The notes under the pieces are model-generated. The model saw only the letters and a list, made by a program, of their open reading frames with translations. It was not told the DNA's origin and did not search any database. From Lytechinus pictus (Eukaryota), in contig NC_087245.1 of assembly GCF_037042905.1 (NCBI RefSeq), positions 37,574,001 through 37,638,000 of the forward strand: a stretch of 64,000 nucleotides of DNA, written 5' to 3'. Shown here piece by piece: positions 26,101 to 38,907 of this stretch. The position numbers and the translations under genes were made by a program. Positions within the stretch are counted from its first letter, which is position 1, and each line of letters starts with the position of its first letter.

Positions 26101-29100
26101 AGTATGGATGTGGGTTCGATTCCCAGCCATGGCGTGTTTTCCTTCAGCAAGATATTTACCTACATTGTGCTGCACTCAACCCAGGTGAGGTGAATGGGTA
26201 CCGTCAGGAAGTAATTCCTCAAAAAGCTGTGAGCACCGGAATCGGTAGACTAGCATAGCCGGGGTACTATAGGAGCGCCTAACAAGGTGGATATGTGCGC
26301 TATATAAATCCTATATTATTATTATTATTGACATTGCAACTAATGTAGCAATTATCTTTAAATGATTAATTTTGAATATCTGACCTGGTCAGCAGGATTT
26401 GTTTGCCATTACCACTACCAATTTATCCCTTTAAGCGAGGATAAATATCCTGAACGTCATACAGGTCCTTCCAAGTATCTTGATAGTGAATATGAGCTCT
26501 TTATTTATTTGATTTTCATTTATCCAATGCCATATCATATTCAATTTTTTCTCTAAGAATTAACATCTAGGCTCTTTATTTGGGTAGTAAAAAAAGTGTT
26601 GGTTATTATCAACTGCATTGAAGCCTGTGTTAGACACCACCCATCTATAGTGACCACTATAATCTGAAAAACCAAGATTAATTGTAACTATATTGTCTTG
26701 GATCTAGATTTGGTATAGCTACATAAACTGAATTTTGTAAAATCATGAAATCTAAGCTGAAAAGTGATCACACTGTAGTTAGCCAACACAGATATACACA
26801 TGTAGGAGAGTGTATTATTATTATTATTATGCTAGGAAGAATACCCGACAGTTGTCTCTTAAAACATTCTAATTTTGCTAATTTCTCAGCAATTACAAAA
26901 CTTCTTCCACAATCCTTTGACAGACAGATATACAAACAGACACTTGGGTTGTCTTTTTGTTGGATTCTGTACGAACTCATTTTTTAATCGTTACCACAAC
27001 TGGCATACTTTCAGATCATAATATGTACATTCTTGCTTTCAAAATAGTAATATTATACAGATATTGCCTACCTAGAGTTTGAATATAACATTTCCTCTCC
27101 CGACGGAGTGATATTTTTTCCAAGGGATTATATTTTCCCCGAAGCGCACAGCGCTGAGGGAAAACATTCTCCCGAGGGAAAAATATAGCTTCGGAGGGGA
27201 GTTGAAATGTTATTTATTAAAACGATAGACCAGGCAATATCTGTTATATTACATAGTCTATGTGGATTCGCCATCAGAGATTGCATTCATCATCTGGCTC
27301 CAACCTGAAATTCTTGCCAGAGCTCTGATCCATCTACGTCATAATAGACTTTTCTTAGAAAATACATATCAAGCGCATTCTTCATGCAATCGACGCGTTA
27401 ACACTAGCGCGTACATCATTACACAACTTGTAAGCAGCGAGTGACGTCACCTTAGTGAATATAACGCCGCAATTGACAATACAACGCAGTTATATTCACT
27501 GAGGTGACGTCAAAACCTGGAATATAACAAATGCGATCCTCGCAGCTATGGTCACGTGATGGCGTATTGACCTATCACTGATTTGAAACTACATTACCTA
27601 TGTAATATATATATATATATGTGCCATCCCTCCCTGTATCAATATTACCCTTTTTATGTTATGATATCTCGTGCATATAACCTTAAATTGTAATTCTTTT
27701 AATTTTTTTTATCCCTCTCTCCCAGGCCGAGGGTTATGTAATCGGCAGCTGTATCAAGCACATTCCCATCGCTGGTCGTGATATAACATACTTCATTCAG
27801 CAGCTTCTAAGAGACCGAGAACCAAGCATTCCTCCTGAACAATCCTTAGAGACGGCCAAGGCTATCAAGGTAAGCATATGCTGTCATTAGAGAGAAAATT
27901 GAAATACATTGGTTGTTTTTCAATTTTCAATTTTTTTCGATTCAAGTATTTATTTCCAAATCCATTAAAGAGAACACAATGCGAACAAAATTATACATAG
28001 ACAAAGAAAATATAAATAAAAAGAGAACAGAAACACAGGTATCAACAGAATATAACCAAAACAAACAGTGGTAATAATAAGATAATAGTTGGCACATGAT
28101 TATGACGATGTAGTTGAAACAAATGAATGGAAATGGGGCATCCACTAAAAAAGCCATTAAAAGGTTTGTTGAATACACAAGAGATATTGACTGTTAAAAT
28201 GATATTTAGTATATGGTATGGATGCGGCAAGTATAAAAAAATATAGAATAGAACTAAGAATGATAATTCATTAAAACAAAAAAATTTAAATCAAACTTTT
28301 GTGAAACAAACTTCCAAGGTAGACCACAGATAACAAAAAACACAAACAGACAAACAATCAAACACATAAATAAACAAAACAATGTTAATCATTTAACTCT
28401 TTCTGTAAGAGACTCTGGGTGAGTGAAAAATTAAAACGCTTTGATCTTTGGTTAGTTACGACAAATGAAAGCTTGTTGATATGATTCTGGATTGTAAATT
28501 TCATGGATTTGTGGTGACTCTGTTTCTGATCAGGAACGTTGGGGATACGTCTGTCCAGACATTGCCAAGGAGTTCAACAAGTACGACACGGATCCAGGCA
28601 AGTGGATTAAGAAGTTTGATGGTGTGAACTCGATCAACAAACAGCCGTTCAGTGTCGATGTGGCTTACGAGAGGTTCCTTGGACCAGAGATCTTCTTCCA
28701 TCCCGAGGTAAGCACTCGCATCCTTTGGCAAGGCCTTTATCTACATTTGCCACTCTCGACCCAGGTGTTGTAAATGGGTACCCGGTAGGAAGGAATTCCT
28801 TGAATGCTTGATGTGTCTGATCAGGGTAGCCATGCTAAAGCCAGGGTAATAGTATGCAACACATATTAGTATCATTATTATTATTAAGGACCCGCACTCT
28901 CTTTCATGAAATTTATTGTCGATCAAAAATGCTAGGATTCTATTACATATTTGTTCTCGGCCAATGGCATTAGGGGATTTCTGTGGATTACTTGCCAATG
29001 ATTTTCATTGTTGGCAAGTAAATGGGTGTGGATGATGACATCAAGACGAGAACATGCATGTTGAAAACACAAAGGCCTTGGTGATGATGATGATGATGAC

Positions 29101-29171
29101 GGTGGTGGTAATGATGGTGGTGATGGTGATAGTGATGATTATTTTGTCGGAGATGGTGATGAGGATGATTG

Positions 29172-29203
<32 letters not shown>

Positions 29204-32200
29204 GTGGTGGTGGTGGAGGTGATGATGGTGGTGATGATGATGATGATGGTGGTGGTGGTGAAGGTAATGATGGTGATGGTGATGATGATGATGATGATGG
29301 TGATGGTGATGGTGATGGTGATGATGATGATGATGGTGATGGTGATGGTGATGGTGATGGTGATGGTGATGGTGATGAGGATGAGGGTGATGGTGATGGT
29401 GATGAGGATGAGGATGAGGGTGATGGTGATGGTGATGGTGATGGTGATGGTGATGAGGATGAGGATGAGGGTGATGGTGATGATGATGATGATGGTGATG
29501 GTGATGGTGATGGTGATGGTGATGAGGATGAGGATGATGGTGATGGTGATGGTGATGATGGTGATGGTGATGGTGATGGTGATGGTGATGGTGATGAGGA
29601 TGAGGATGATGGTGATGGTGATGGTGATGGTGATGGTGATGATGATAATGGTGTTGGTGATGAGGATGATGGCAATGGTGGTGATAATGATGACGAGGGC
29701 AGTGATGATGATTAAGATGATGATATTGAAGAAGAAAACGATGGTAACTGTATTGTGAAATCAATGATAAGTATTCAGATGATAACTTTAAAGATAAAAA
29801 AAATATGGTGACGATGATATGTATGAAGGAGATTGCATTGATTACAAACATATGTTATTTCTGAAAGACTTGCATCCCATCCAAACATGAGAAACTTGTC
29901 GGAGCTTTACCAGCTATTTCTTTAATTTGCTTTTGTTTCCAGTTCTCCAACCCTGACTTTACCACTCCCATCTCAGAGACAGTGGACATTGTGATCCAGA
30001 ATTGCCCCATTGATGTCAGGAGACCCCTCTATAAGGTAAAAATCTGCGAGGCCTTATCAATTCATAATTCATTTATTGCCTAGTTTAACCCTAACTTATC
30101 TGGGGCCCGATGCAGAAAGAGTTACGATCAAACGCAACTCAAAAAATCTTGAGCAACTTGATTTTTCAGCCAATGAAGCACTCATATTCGGGACTTGCGC
30201 TAGATATTTTGACTTGCATATAAACGCAACTCTTTCTGCGACAGGCCCTAGGGCTATTTTGCGAGCTGAAAGTCCGGGGGGGGGCTTTTAAATACCCCCT
30301 AAGATCTTGGTCACTGATCATGCGATTGTGACAAAAATTTGCACAATTGTGAAGAATGACACAATCTATGCCATTGCTTAGGTAAATTGCACAAAATTCA
30401 TGCATTTTTTTCTGTATGAATTAATTATGCTAATTTATTCATGAATCATACTTTTTGCTCTAATTCACCAAATAAAGCTCCTGGAAAGCAAATTTTGGTC
30501 AAAATGTTCTTTGTGGCATTCCTAACAACTATAAATGAAAAAAAAATCTGCTACCAAAATCAATTTCTTATGTATTTTATTGGGTTTTTTTCGACAAAAT
30601 TCATTGGGGACATTATTTCAGTCGTAAATAGCATCAAATCGAATGACTATTGTCAATAAAAGTGAGAATGATACCTCTATAAGGTAAACCTAGTGGTCCT
30701 AATTCTGTAGTCCAGGTTAAAGATAAATGCCAGTTGTAACAATTTCAAAACGGGTTCCAATAAAATGAACACCTCAGTGTCTGTATGTATGAATATGAAA
30801 TATGTGCCAAAGGATTCTGGAAGGAATTGTGTAACTGCTGAGAAAAACAAATCAGCATGGCATTTCACAAAAATGTCAGGCCTTATTTTGAGTAAACATA
30901 ATGCACTGTCCCACATGTACTTACATGTGTTGGCGATCTCCAGTGTGGTAGTTCTCCAGCTTAGATTTCACAAAGTTCAGTTAACGTAACTCTACCAGTG
31001 TCTAGATCTAGGATGATTTGGTGACAATGAAACCCTGTTTTTACAGACTTCCTCATGAAATCAGTGTTTACTGCAACTATTTTCATTTGTCTTAACTTCG
31101 GCCATGGTCTATAACTATGTGCTAAAATTATGGAAAGCCAAAAATGCCACAATTTCTTAATAATTGAATGATCCTTGTAGTCACTGTACTCACTGTGCTC
31201 TTTAATATTGGCCATTTAAAAAGAAACAGCAATTCATTTTCATGATATCTTTTTTTTAAATGTTGCCAATTTCATTTGAATGTAAATTGTAAACAGTTTG
31301 GCCCTATGACTGCCTAGGTTAAATATCAATAAAACCTTTTCAAATCAAAACAAACCGTGGGCAATTATCTGCGAGGCCTAATCAAATACTAATGCATAAT
31401 TCATGGATTTCTTAGCTTTAAACCAGATTATATCTGTAAGAATCCTACGCAGCATTCAATAATCAATTTATTAATGGAGGAGTCTTGTAAATACCTTTTG
31501 ACTTAAGCAAACTTTCAACCACTAGTATAAGTACCGGTAGTTGACATATTTCAGTTTGTCAATGTAGGATCTCAAGAATATACTAACTGAAATATTTACT
31601 TCTATCATTTTCCAAATTGTTGAATCTTTACTGGATTATTTCAGATTTTATCCCTTATTTACTAACCCAAATTTTGAAAACTATGGTTGTATTATTCACC
31701 TGAAGTAGTCAAAATTTTGCAAAAAACATGTATGTGCCATTCTGTGCACTGTATGTTTTAATATTGAAAATTCATTGTCATGTTTCTTTGCTCAGAACAT
31801 TGTTCTATCGGGAGGTTCCACGATGTTCCGTGACTTTGGTAGGAAGTTGAAGCGTGACGTCCAGAAGGTCGTTGATAATCGTCTCAAGTTGAGTGAACAG
31901 CTCAGCGGAGGAAGACTCAAGGTATCGTATCTCGTTTTCCTTTAGTAAAGTATGTATCCTGTTCGTTGAAATATGTATCATTGTTACCAGAATTGGCTAT
32001 CTCAATGTTATTTGGGTTCAGAGACTCTTTCCGTAGACGGCTTGTGCTGGGCTTACATAAGATTATAAAACTATACATGTTAAGCATCCCACCTGCATCA
32101 CTTTATGTGGCTATCTCCTTTTTTTAGGGGGGAGGGGATAAATATAATTTTTTTTTCAGGAAAAACAAATTCAATGAATAAAGTCCAACTGTTGACAGTC

Positions 32201-33484
32201 AGTCATTTCGATACCTCGTCCTCCTCCCCTTTTTTCTTAAAGGGGAGAGGTAATGTTTTTGTGTAACTTGGCCTAATGTGCTCCATAGGCTATTAAGGCC
32301 AGGGAAAACACTTCTGAAAAGATCCTGTTGCATTAAACTTTATATTATGTATTATGGTAACTTTGCTATCCAATGTTACTGACATGGAACCCTTGATTCT
32401 GATTGGCTGTTGGACATTGTTACCATGGTAGTCGTCATAACCATTATCCTAACTTTTATAATTATTTTTAAAAAAACACTGACTTTGGTTCAGAAATCTG
32501 ATGATTAAACAATTTGTTGTGTTTCTTTTGAATTAAGCCCAAGCCTATCGAGACTCAAGTCATCACACATCATATGCAGCGATATGCTGTTTGGTTCGGA
32601 GGCAGTATGTTAGCGTCAACGGTAAGTTTCTAGTCGACTTGCACTCTCTGTCTAACGAGGTTGTTGCAAAAAAAAAAAATCTCACGGATATGATGGCTTT
32701 GTTAGCGCCCGCCCAAAGTCTTGAACAACCTCCTTCCACGTTAGGTATTCCAATCTGTTAGTATGTTCAAATTCTTCTTAAAACCCAATGGTTCCAAGAA
32801 AAATTTGCTCAAATTCACTCTTTTATTTGTAATCCCTGCATTGTAACAAAGCTAGATGGTGGTCTAGTGGTTCTGACTCTCGCCTTTGAAACAGAGGGTC
32901 GTGTGTTCGAATCGTAGCCATGGCGTATTTTCCTTCAGCAAGAAATTTATCCACACTGTGCTGCACTCGACCCAGGTGAGGTAAATGGGTACCCGGCAGG
33001 AGTAATTCCTTGCATGCACTGAGCGCCGGTGATGGTAGCTCGAGCTAAAGCCGGGGTAATAATAGCAGCGCTTTGTATCCTCTGGCAAAAAGCGCTTTAT
33101 AAATCCAACTATTATTATTATTATTATTAGATTGTTAATATACTTCATTAATGGTGTTATAATGTAGAATAATATCAAACTTGCTTCACCATATGGTGCG
33201 TAGTTGACTCTCTGCATTTATTGATATTGTGCATTATACATGTAGATTTGAAAATGAATGCAGCCTATTTTTCTTTATATATTTTTTTTTTCATCGGGCA
33301 TCCACTATACCAAAAGAGCCATCGTACAGTATGGTGTATTGGAAATTTAATTTCATTATAAGTGTTTGTTTCTATCTTATTAATTCAGCCGGAGTTCTAC
33401 ACCGCTTCCCACACCAAGGCTGATTATGATGAACATGGACCAAGCATCTGCCGCCACAACCCCGTCTTTGGCGCCATGACATAG
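13947..33484 (+). CDS. ACTR3: Actin-related protein 3 (Arp2/3 complex subunit), complete 12-exon gene, 418 aa
   Basis: Manual splice join(13947..13990,16020..16075,23445..23569,24011..24121,24910..25005,25814..25921,27726..27869,28534..28707,29943..30035,31796..31921,32538..32621,33389..33484) = 1257 nt, open from ATG to TAG, all GT-AG. Translation [28 protein letters not shown]...[11 protein letters not shown] is recognisably Arp3. Confidence 0.98.
14981..15422. mobile_element. TTAA-flanked (Kolobok-like) MITE
   Basis: ttaa|AGGAGAAGTTCACC ... GGTGAACTTCCCCT|ttaa. Confidence 0.8.
16020..16075 (+). CDS. ACTR3: Arp3 exon 2 ([18 protein letters not shown])
   Basis: Polypyrimidine tract and cag acceptor, donor G|gtgagt, 56 nt. 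Confidence 0.97.
16271..16640 (+). mobile_element. Helentron/HINE (DINE-1-like) non-autonomous element
   Basis: 5' TTATATCCTCGC...GAAGGGGGTATA inverted pair, 3' subTIR GGCGGGGGTAT, short hairpin ATCACC-TTC-AGTGGT and terminal CTAG. Confidence 0.6.
16715..16905 (-). mobile_element. SINE, SURF1/MetaSINE-like, degenerate
   Basis: Reverse complement of the core CTGCACTCAACCCAGGTGAGGTAAATGGTACC shared with other copies in the window. Confidence 0.7.
20345..20765. repeat. AAAGGGCAC-motif repeat element
   Basis: Recurrent AAGGG(G)CAC/AAGGCAC units with G and C runs. Confidence 0.6.
21190..21970. repeat. Cluster of inverted and direct GGACCTAACCCCTTTTG motifs (two ~220-bp MITE-like units plus solo copies)
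   Basis: TTGCAAAAGGGGTTAGG near 21200 and 21579; its reverse complement near 21392, 21535, 21760, 21792 and 21947. Confidence 0.75.
23445..23569 (+). CDS. ACTR3: Arp3 exon 3 ([12 protein letters not shown]...[19 protein letters not shown])
   Basis: tcag acceptor, donor AAG|gttggt, 125 nt. Confidence 0.96.
23570..23822 (+). repeat. Tandem repeat of about 90 bp, nearly 3 copies, starting at the Arp3 exon 3 donor
   Basis: Units start GTTGGTGTTA at 23570, 23663 and 23753. Confidence 0.9.
24011..24121 (+). CDS. ACTR3: Arp3 exon 4 ([17 protein letters not shown]...[11 protein letters not shown])
   Basis: tag acceptor, gtaagt donor, 111 nt. Confidence 0.97.
24910..25005 (+). CDS. ACTR3: Arp3 exon 5 ([32 protein letters not shown])
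   Basis: cag acceptor, gtaagt donor, 96 nt. Confidence 0.97.
25081..25390. repeat. Direct duplication of about 145-165 bp containing a minus-strand B-box-like motif
   Basis: AGTTTCTTGTTTTTT...GAAATAAATGCTATT...CATGAGCAGGATT(C/T)GAAC...AAATCCAC occurs twice. Confidence 0.8.
25814..25921 (+). CDS. ACTR3: Arp3 exon 6 (AVLALAASW...[13 protein letters not shown])
   Basis: tag acceptor, gtaaat donor, 108 nt, actin-fold P2 loop DSGDG. Confidence 0.97.
26105..26330 (+). mobile_element. SINE, SURF1/MetaSINE-like
   Basis: B box GGTTCGATTCC, core CCTTCAGCAAG...CTCAACCCAGGTGAGGTGAATGGGTACC, (TAT)n tail. Confidence 0.8.
27047..27608. mobile_element. Palindromic repeat element, possibly Crypton-like non-autonomous
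   Basis: GTAATATTATACAGATATTGCCT / AGGCAATATCTGTTATATTAC inverted pair around CCCGAAGCGC...GCGCTGAGGG, and a second palindrome GTGACGTCAC...GTGACGTCA. Confidence 0.4.
27726..27869 (+). CDS. ACTR3: Arp3 exon 7 ([21 protein letters not shown]...ETAKAIK)
   Basis: cag acceptor, gtaagc donor, 144 nt. Confidence 0.97.
28534..28707 (+). CDS. ACTR3: Arp3 exon 8 ([14 protein letters not shown]...[13 protein letters not shown])
   Basis: cag acceptor, gtaagc donor, 174 nt. Confidence 0.97.
29079..29745. repeat. Compound (GAT/GGT/GAG)n microsatellite in Arp3 intron 8
   Basis: About 660 bp of GATGGT/GATGAG/GAT units; source of the poly-His, poly-Met/Val and Ser-Pro ORFs. Confidence 0.97.
29943..30035 (+). 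CDS. ACTR3: Arp3 exon 9 ([31 protein letters not shown])
   Basis: cag acceptor, gtaaaa donor, 93 nt. Confidence 0.97.
31796..31921 (+). CDS. ACTR3: Arp3 exon 10 ([18 protein letters not shown]...LSGGRLK)
   Basis: cag acceptor, gtatcg donor, 126 nt. Confidence 0.97.
32538..32621 (+). CDS. ACTR3: Arp3 exon 11 ([28 protein letters not shown])
   Basis: aag acceptor, gtaagt donor, 84 nt. Confidence 0.96.
32855..33128 (+). mobile_element. SINE, SURF1/MetaSINE-like, near full length
   Basis: A box TGGTCTAGTGG, B box GTTCGAATC, conserved core, (TAT)n tail. Confidence 0.85.
33389..33484 (+). CDS. ACTR3: Arp3 exon 12, coding part ([31 protein letters not shown])
   Basis: cag acceptor, TAG at 33482..33484. 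Confidence 0.97.
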   Translation, partial: PEFYTASHTKADYDEHGPSICRHNPVFGAMT

Positions 33485-35985
33485 AGGGCGACAAACAGAA
33501 TAGAGAGCAAATGATGAGTGGTATAAAGGAATATATAGATATCTTGTAATGTTATTGTAAACCATGGAATGATAGAGAAAAAAAAAATCATCATCGTTTT
33601 AAAAAATATATCAGCATCATGTTTGTATCACAATCACTACGTTGAGAGTATCACTACTTTCATAGCTCTGTTTTAATTATCACCATCGTCACCATTTTGC
33701 TCGCCAGTTCCGAGAAATAGCCCCATATTCCGCCAATAAATCAATCAAGTTTCCACCATTTCCAATAGCCAGTATAGTACAAGGTGCTCTTTTAGCGGTT
33801 GAGCATAAATGGTGATGATAGTGATATTGGATATTGGATGGCCAAAATTAGAATATGAAAGATGTTGATGCTGAAGGTAGTGTTTGTGATGATGATTAGA
33901 AGGTCATATTATTCCATTTTTCTTAGCCAAGCATTGAATGCTTCCCTCAGGTGGCGACATAGCAAAAGATGGAAGCATTGTAGTGATATTTTGTAAACAA
34001 ACATATAATGTAGATCACATTCTCACCAACATACCTATCCTTACCAAAAAAAAGAAATCAAGATTATTAGAAATTCACCAAAATTACTGTGCATTTGTAT
34101 CGGATGAATTGTAATTATAATGTATGGATCGGCTTATATTTGGATATAGATGTACATTACGAGCCACTATGTTTTATTTCAAATAATCTATTAATGTGTT
34201 TATTGTACACTTATTTTTGTTGTAGCGTCTTTGAGAGTAGATAATGATTATTATCTAATCAAATTGCATTATCTTGTAAAAATCCACATATTTTGATTTA
34301 TCTTTCTGTACATGTAATGATTTTATACGATTTTCTAATGGGATATCCTGTAGATTTGAATTCATGATGTACAGTGTGCGGAGAATCTTGACTGTCAACG
34401 TTTGTTTTGGGGGATGAAGCTTGTGTACTTAGGTAGCTATTTAACCTGAAGATTGTTCAAATGTATTTATTCTTATTTTAAAAGAGGCACAGCGATATAA
34501 TCCAGTGTTTAGAAGATGATGAAAGAACGCAGTATTATTGTACTGTTTTATGGTAGTTTTATACAATGTTATTGTAGTCGATGAACTTTCATCTGATTTC
34601 CAACTCTTGACAATAGAGGGAGTCATAATATGATAGATATGATTCTATACAGGTTATAGGGGGGTCTTCTGTTTATGTGGCAACCGGTCATATTGACTAT
34701 TTTTGCCAAAGTATGAAGTAATTACACTCATCGATCCATCTGTCTTTTATAGTCTACATTTACTCATTCTTATAACAGAAGCAAATGTAAGTCTAGATAT
34801 TAAGAAGGAAAATTGACCATTCTACAGCATCATGAATTGAAACTCAAACTTACACTATATTTTCTTTTTTGGAGGGGGGGGGGGCGGGAGAAGGGGGTGG
34901 AGATAATTGTATCCTCATGCCTTTCTGTGTGTTTCTATTGTAGATTTCCTTGGAAAACACTCCTTCCATTTTTGTTCAGACAGACTCAACATTGTTTGGA
35001 TGGTTCAGACACCCTTGTAGAATATTTTAGCTGCCGTTTGAGAATACATGTACCTCATGAGTGAAAAGCTTCCATAGTATTTGTTTCGTTCTGTTTTACG
35101 TGCAGCTTTTCTTTTAAATTCCCCGTTCTCTGTAGGATCATCTTCAGAAGTGCCTGATTCGTGAATGTGGAAGTAGTTTAGAATGATCATGGTTCTTTTC
35201 TTTAATCACAATCATGACTGTATATATGTATTGATGAGCAGCCACTCCTGATGAAGTTATAATAATATAGTATGTCCATTTATATAGCGCAATGCCTTCT
35301 GCATATACTCTACTGCGCTTGATACTTGGTATCATATTATTACCCCGGCTTTAGCTGAGTCGCCATAAAGGCGCTAGAGGTTCAAGGAGTAAATCCTACC
35401 GGGTTAAGTTATGTTAATTACACTCTCTGCAGTTTTCTTTCTTTTCATAGGAAATTTTGAAGGAATGCCAAATAATAACCCTACACCTCATCATTAGATC
35501 TGCATAGATGTTTTTTTAGTAAGATTACTCTGAAAATGGGTTATATAGGAATGTGTTGGATTATGTTAGAACTCTTTTTTTGGAATGAATGCTCCCCAGG
35601 GAGTGGAGAAAGTGCATACATTGTGTGCAGGCATGCCAGGATCCGATGACCGGGATATTAATATGTCTGTGAAGTGCTTAGAGACGTCATTCTGATGTAT
35701 TACTCGCAATATAAAAGCGGAATGTAATTATTATTATGTGAGACAGATCTTTATTTCTTCGTAGAGAATTACATCCATCAAGTTTGATTCCCTATGCCAA
35801 ACCAACCAAATGTCGTATAAACATCTGTGTAACTCTTGTAAAATAAATATCCATCGTGAAATTTAAGTTTTGTTTGAGCGACAGGAGAGCCTTTCAAAGT
35901 ATTGTTAGGCATATCCTGCTGGTCACCGTTGCATGTCTTATGGTAATATATCCACAAAGGGTTATTTTCTGTTGATTTTGATGCA

Positions 35986-35999
35986 AATAAATAAATAAA
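35986..35999 (+). terminator. Candidate Arp3 polyadenylation signal (overlapping AATAAA), implying a 3' UTR of about 2.5 kb
   Basis: aataaataaataaa followed by a T/GT-rich tract near 36021-36040. An earlier AATAAA near 33735 is an alternative. Confidence 0.5.
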
Positions 36000-36102
36000 T
36001 ACACTTTTATTATGCATGCATGGTTGACTTTTTGTTGTTGCTCGTCTTTATTAAATGCTCAGGCCAGCACTTCTAAAAGCATTTTATTTTGGTATGCTGC
36101 TG

Positions 36103-36316
36103 GGGTTTCATGACATTTACTCCGGCGACAATCGCTCCGATGGAAAATCTGCACAAACCTAAAACCTCGATCAACTCCAAAACTAAATAAAACCATAGTC
36201 CTTAATATCTTAACATTATTTTGAACCTACTCTATTGCAATCCAAACTCTAACCCTATGCCCTCTGCGATATTAAGACCGGAGCAAATGTCGCAGGAGCA
36301 TATGCCATGTCACCGC
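36103..36316. mobile_element. MITE with inverted CTCCG/CGGAG terminal subrepeats
   Basis: CATGACATTTACTCCGGCGACAATCGCTCCG vs CCGGAGCAAATGTCGCAGGAGCATATGCCATG. Confidence 0.6.
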
Positions 36317-37818
36317 TGCTTGTGATGGTAAGTGTAGACGTAGGTATGGTGAGATAGATATTCATTATTTTAAAAATATGTAATCAAATAAATGAATTTG
36401 TGGATACTTATTTGATATAAGAAATTTATCAAACAAATAATGGGGTTCTCTGTCTAGGTCAAAGGTTATGTGAGGGTTTTATTATCAAACAAAACTTTTT
36501 TCTTCAAATTTTTGAAAATTCTTCAAATTTTTGCTTTCATATTCCACGAGGCTTGTATACATGGAGTATCATGTATCAAGCTCTGTGTGAGAAAAATGGT
36601 TGGTAATTGGACCTAGGTCAAAGGTCATTTCAGATTTTTAAAAATGGGGAAATTTTCATTATAGTTTGATTAGTAATGGTCATATTAAAGGAAACATCCG
36701 TCAAGTATGTGTTGCATGGATATGTGTTCACATGAATATTCAAATACTTTAATGGCAAAGCCTTTTTGCTATAGGGAACAGTCTTTATTGTAGCACAAAT
36801 AGGGAAAATTAAAAGGGGCAGTAAAAAAATTTCCTGGGCCAAAGATAGTGGGATCGGGGCCAGTCAACAAGGCACCCTGAATATTGCCACTATTGGTGAT
36901 GGTGTTGGAGGCACAATTTGGATTGCATTTCCAAACTCCAAAACCTATTCTGAGTTTACAAAAAATTATACAGATCACAATATTACCAAATCGAAACTGA
37001 TTATGAGTGAGTGACTTTTCAGGATCAATTTCAATTCATGTTTGGTGCTATGCTCATGTAAAATTTGACTTAACACCAACACCAAAAGGTAAACACTGAA
37101 CTTGAAATCACTCGTATATTCAATGGGTGAATAAAAAAAAGAAGATATTTCAATATCGGTGGATCAGGCGGCGAAGCGGACAGATTACGTTTCTATTAAC
37201 ATGTGTTGAGAAGGGGTGTTGATCATGTTTTGAGAAGGGCGATTGAGGTGGCTGGTCAGAGGGGAAGGCGTGACCGAAGCAAAGAAGACATGGAAGAAGC
37301 AAGTGATGGAGGAGGGTTGGGTTGAGGGAGGGGGACGCACTGAATAGAGTTTGTGGAGGGAGGAGGTGAGGATGATCTCTGAGTTTGAGGTGAATCCAGC
37401 CACCCCCATAGTTAAAACCTGGAGTAAATCCTTTGTTTTACAAAGATTTAAGTATGACGTATAAAGTCACACTTTAACACCCCCCCCCCCCTGGTTGGCA
37501 TTTCATAAAAAAATTTGAACAAATTGTAATCCTTTCTTGTGGTAAATGTTAAACACCACATGTTTGTTCATTGGTGAGGATTTGAGGCATAGGAAAGGAT
37601 CACCAGTCGTTCTTAAAGTCACTCGTAGTTTTACAGCTTTATGAAACACCCACCTGGATTACTAATCCTGGGTATATTGAATTATGAATTGCAAGTGAGA
37701 CCCTAGAGGGCACTCATCTCGTTTTACTTACGAGGCTCTCACACCTCAATGTTTTAACCAACATATATACCGATGTAGGTAGTCTCTTGGAAGCCGTTTT
37801 CATAATCCCATTTCTTAA

Positions 37819-38627
37819 AGGTCAAGTCCACCCCAGTAAAATATTGATTTGAATAAATAGAGAAAAATCAAACTAGCATAACACTGAGAATTTCATCAAA
37901 ATCGGAAGTAAAATAAGAAAGTTATGGCATTTTAAAGTTTCGCTTATTTTTCACAAAACGGGGATATGCACAACTCTGTGACATGCGAATGAGATAGTCG
38001 ATGATGTCTCTCATTCACTATTTCTTTTGTTTTTTATTGTTTGAATTATACAATATTTCATTTTTTACAAATTTGACCATATGGGACCGACTTGACTGAA
38101 TCATGTAGTATACATGGGGAGGCGCGATAGCTCAGTCGGTAGAGCGGGGGTTTCGGATTCCGGTGACCCGGGTTCGATTCCCAAGTGGTGCGCTAGTGCC
38201 CTTTGGTAAGGCATTTATCCTCATTACCAGGTCCCTCGGAGAGGACCTTAAGCCGTTGGTCCCCTGGTTGCTTGCTCACAGGCATTCGTGCTTTCTTAGC
38301 AGTCAGGTAAAACAACCTCGGTATAACATTAAACAATTTCACATGTTCAGGGAGGAATTAATCACTGTTTCACTTGACAATGAGGAGAAAATTAGAATAT
38401 TTCATATAATAAAATACAAAAGAAATAGTGAGAGGATGACGTCATCAGTCTCCTCATTTGCATACCAACCAGGATGTGGATATAACTGTTTTGTGAAATT
38501 AAGCAAAACTTTAAATTGTCATAACTTTCTTATTTTACATCCGATTTTGATGAAATTTTCAGTGTTATGCTTGTTGGATTTTTCTCTTTTTATTCAAATC
38601 AATTGTTTGTTGGGGTGGACTTGTCCT
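37819..38627. mobile_element. TTAA-flanked (Kolobok-like) MITE carrying a SINE insertion
   Basis: ttaa|AGGTCAAGTCCACCCCA ... TGGGGTGGACTTGTCCT|ttaa. Confidence 0.85.
38116..38312 (+). mobile_element. tRNA-derived SINE inserted in the MITE
   Basis: TAGCTCAGTCGGTAGAGC A box, GGTTCGATTCC B box; absent from the 12143..12783 copy of the host MITE. Confidence 0.8.
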
Positions 38628-38907
38628 TTAATATCAAGAATTGCACTTTGTTAACAGCACAAATAATTCTTCAAATAAAGAATTTGTATTCTTGATATCT
38701 TTATAATGACTGATGTCATGATAGAGTTTTAAAGGAGAATATGGCTGGCTATATGTAGAGTACATTGGAATATGCAAACTGAAATGTCTGGGTGTGATGG
38801 CCACTTTAACACGATCACTGTTTCATGTGATCTGCAGTAAAATTTTCTGTAATATTTTTTTTTAAGCACTTGTCCATTTCTTGCTTTTTTGTTTCTTTCT
38901 TCCCCCA

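Noticed and set aside
28988..29851. Poly-His, poly-Met/Val and Ser-Pro ORFs
   Set aside because: Translations of an intronic GAT/GGT microsatellite
31922..31935. U12-type intron at Arp3 intron 10 (GTATCG)
   Set aside because: Lacks the GTATCCTT consensus; treated as ordinary GT-AG
37185..37409. 74-aa minus-strand ORF in a purine-rich intergenic patch
   Set aside because: Biased composition, no motif, no supporting exons
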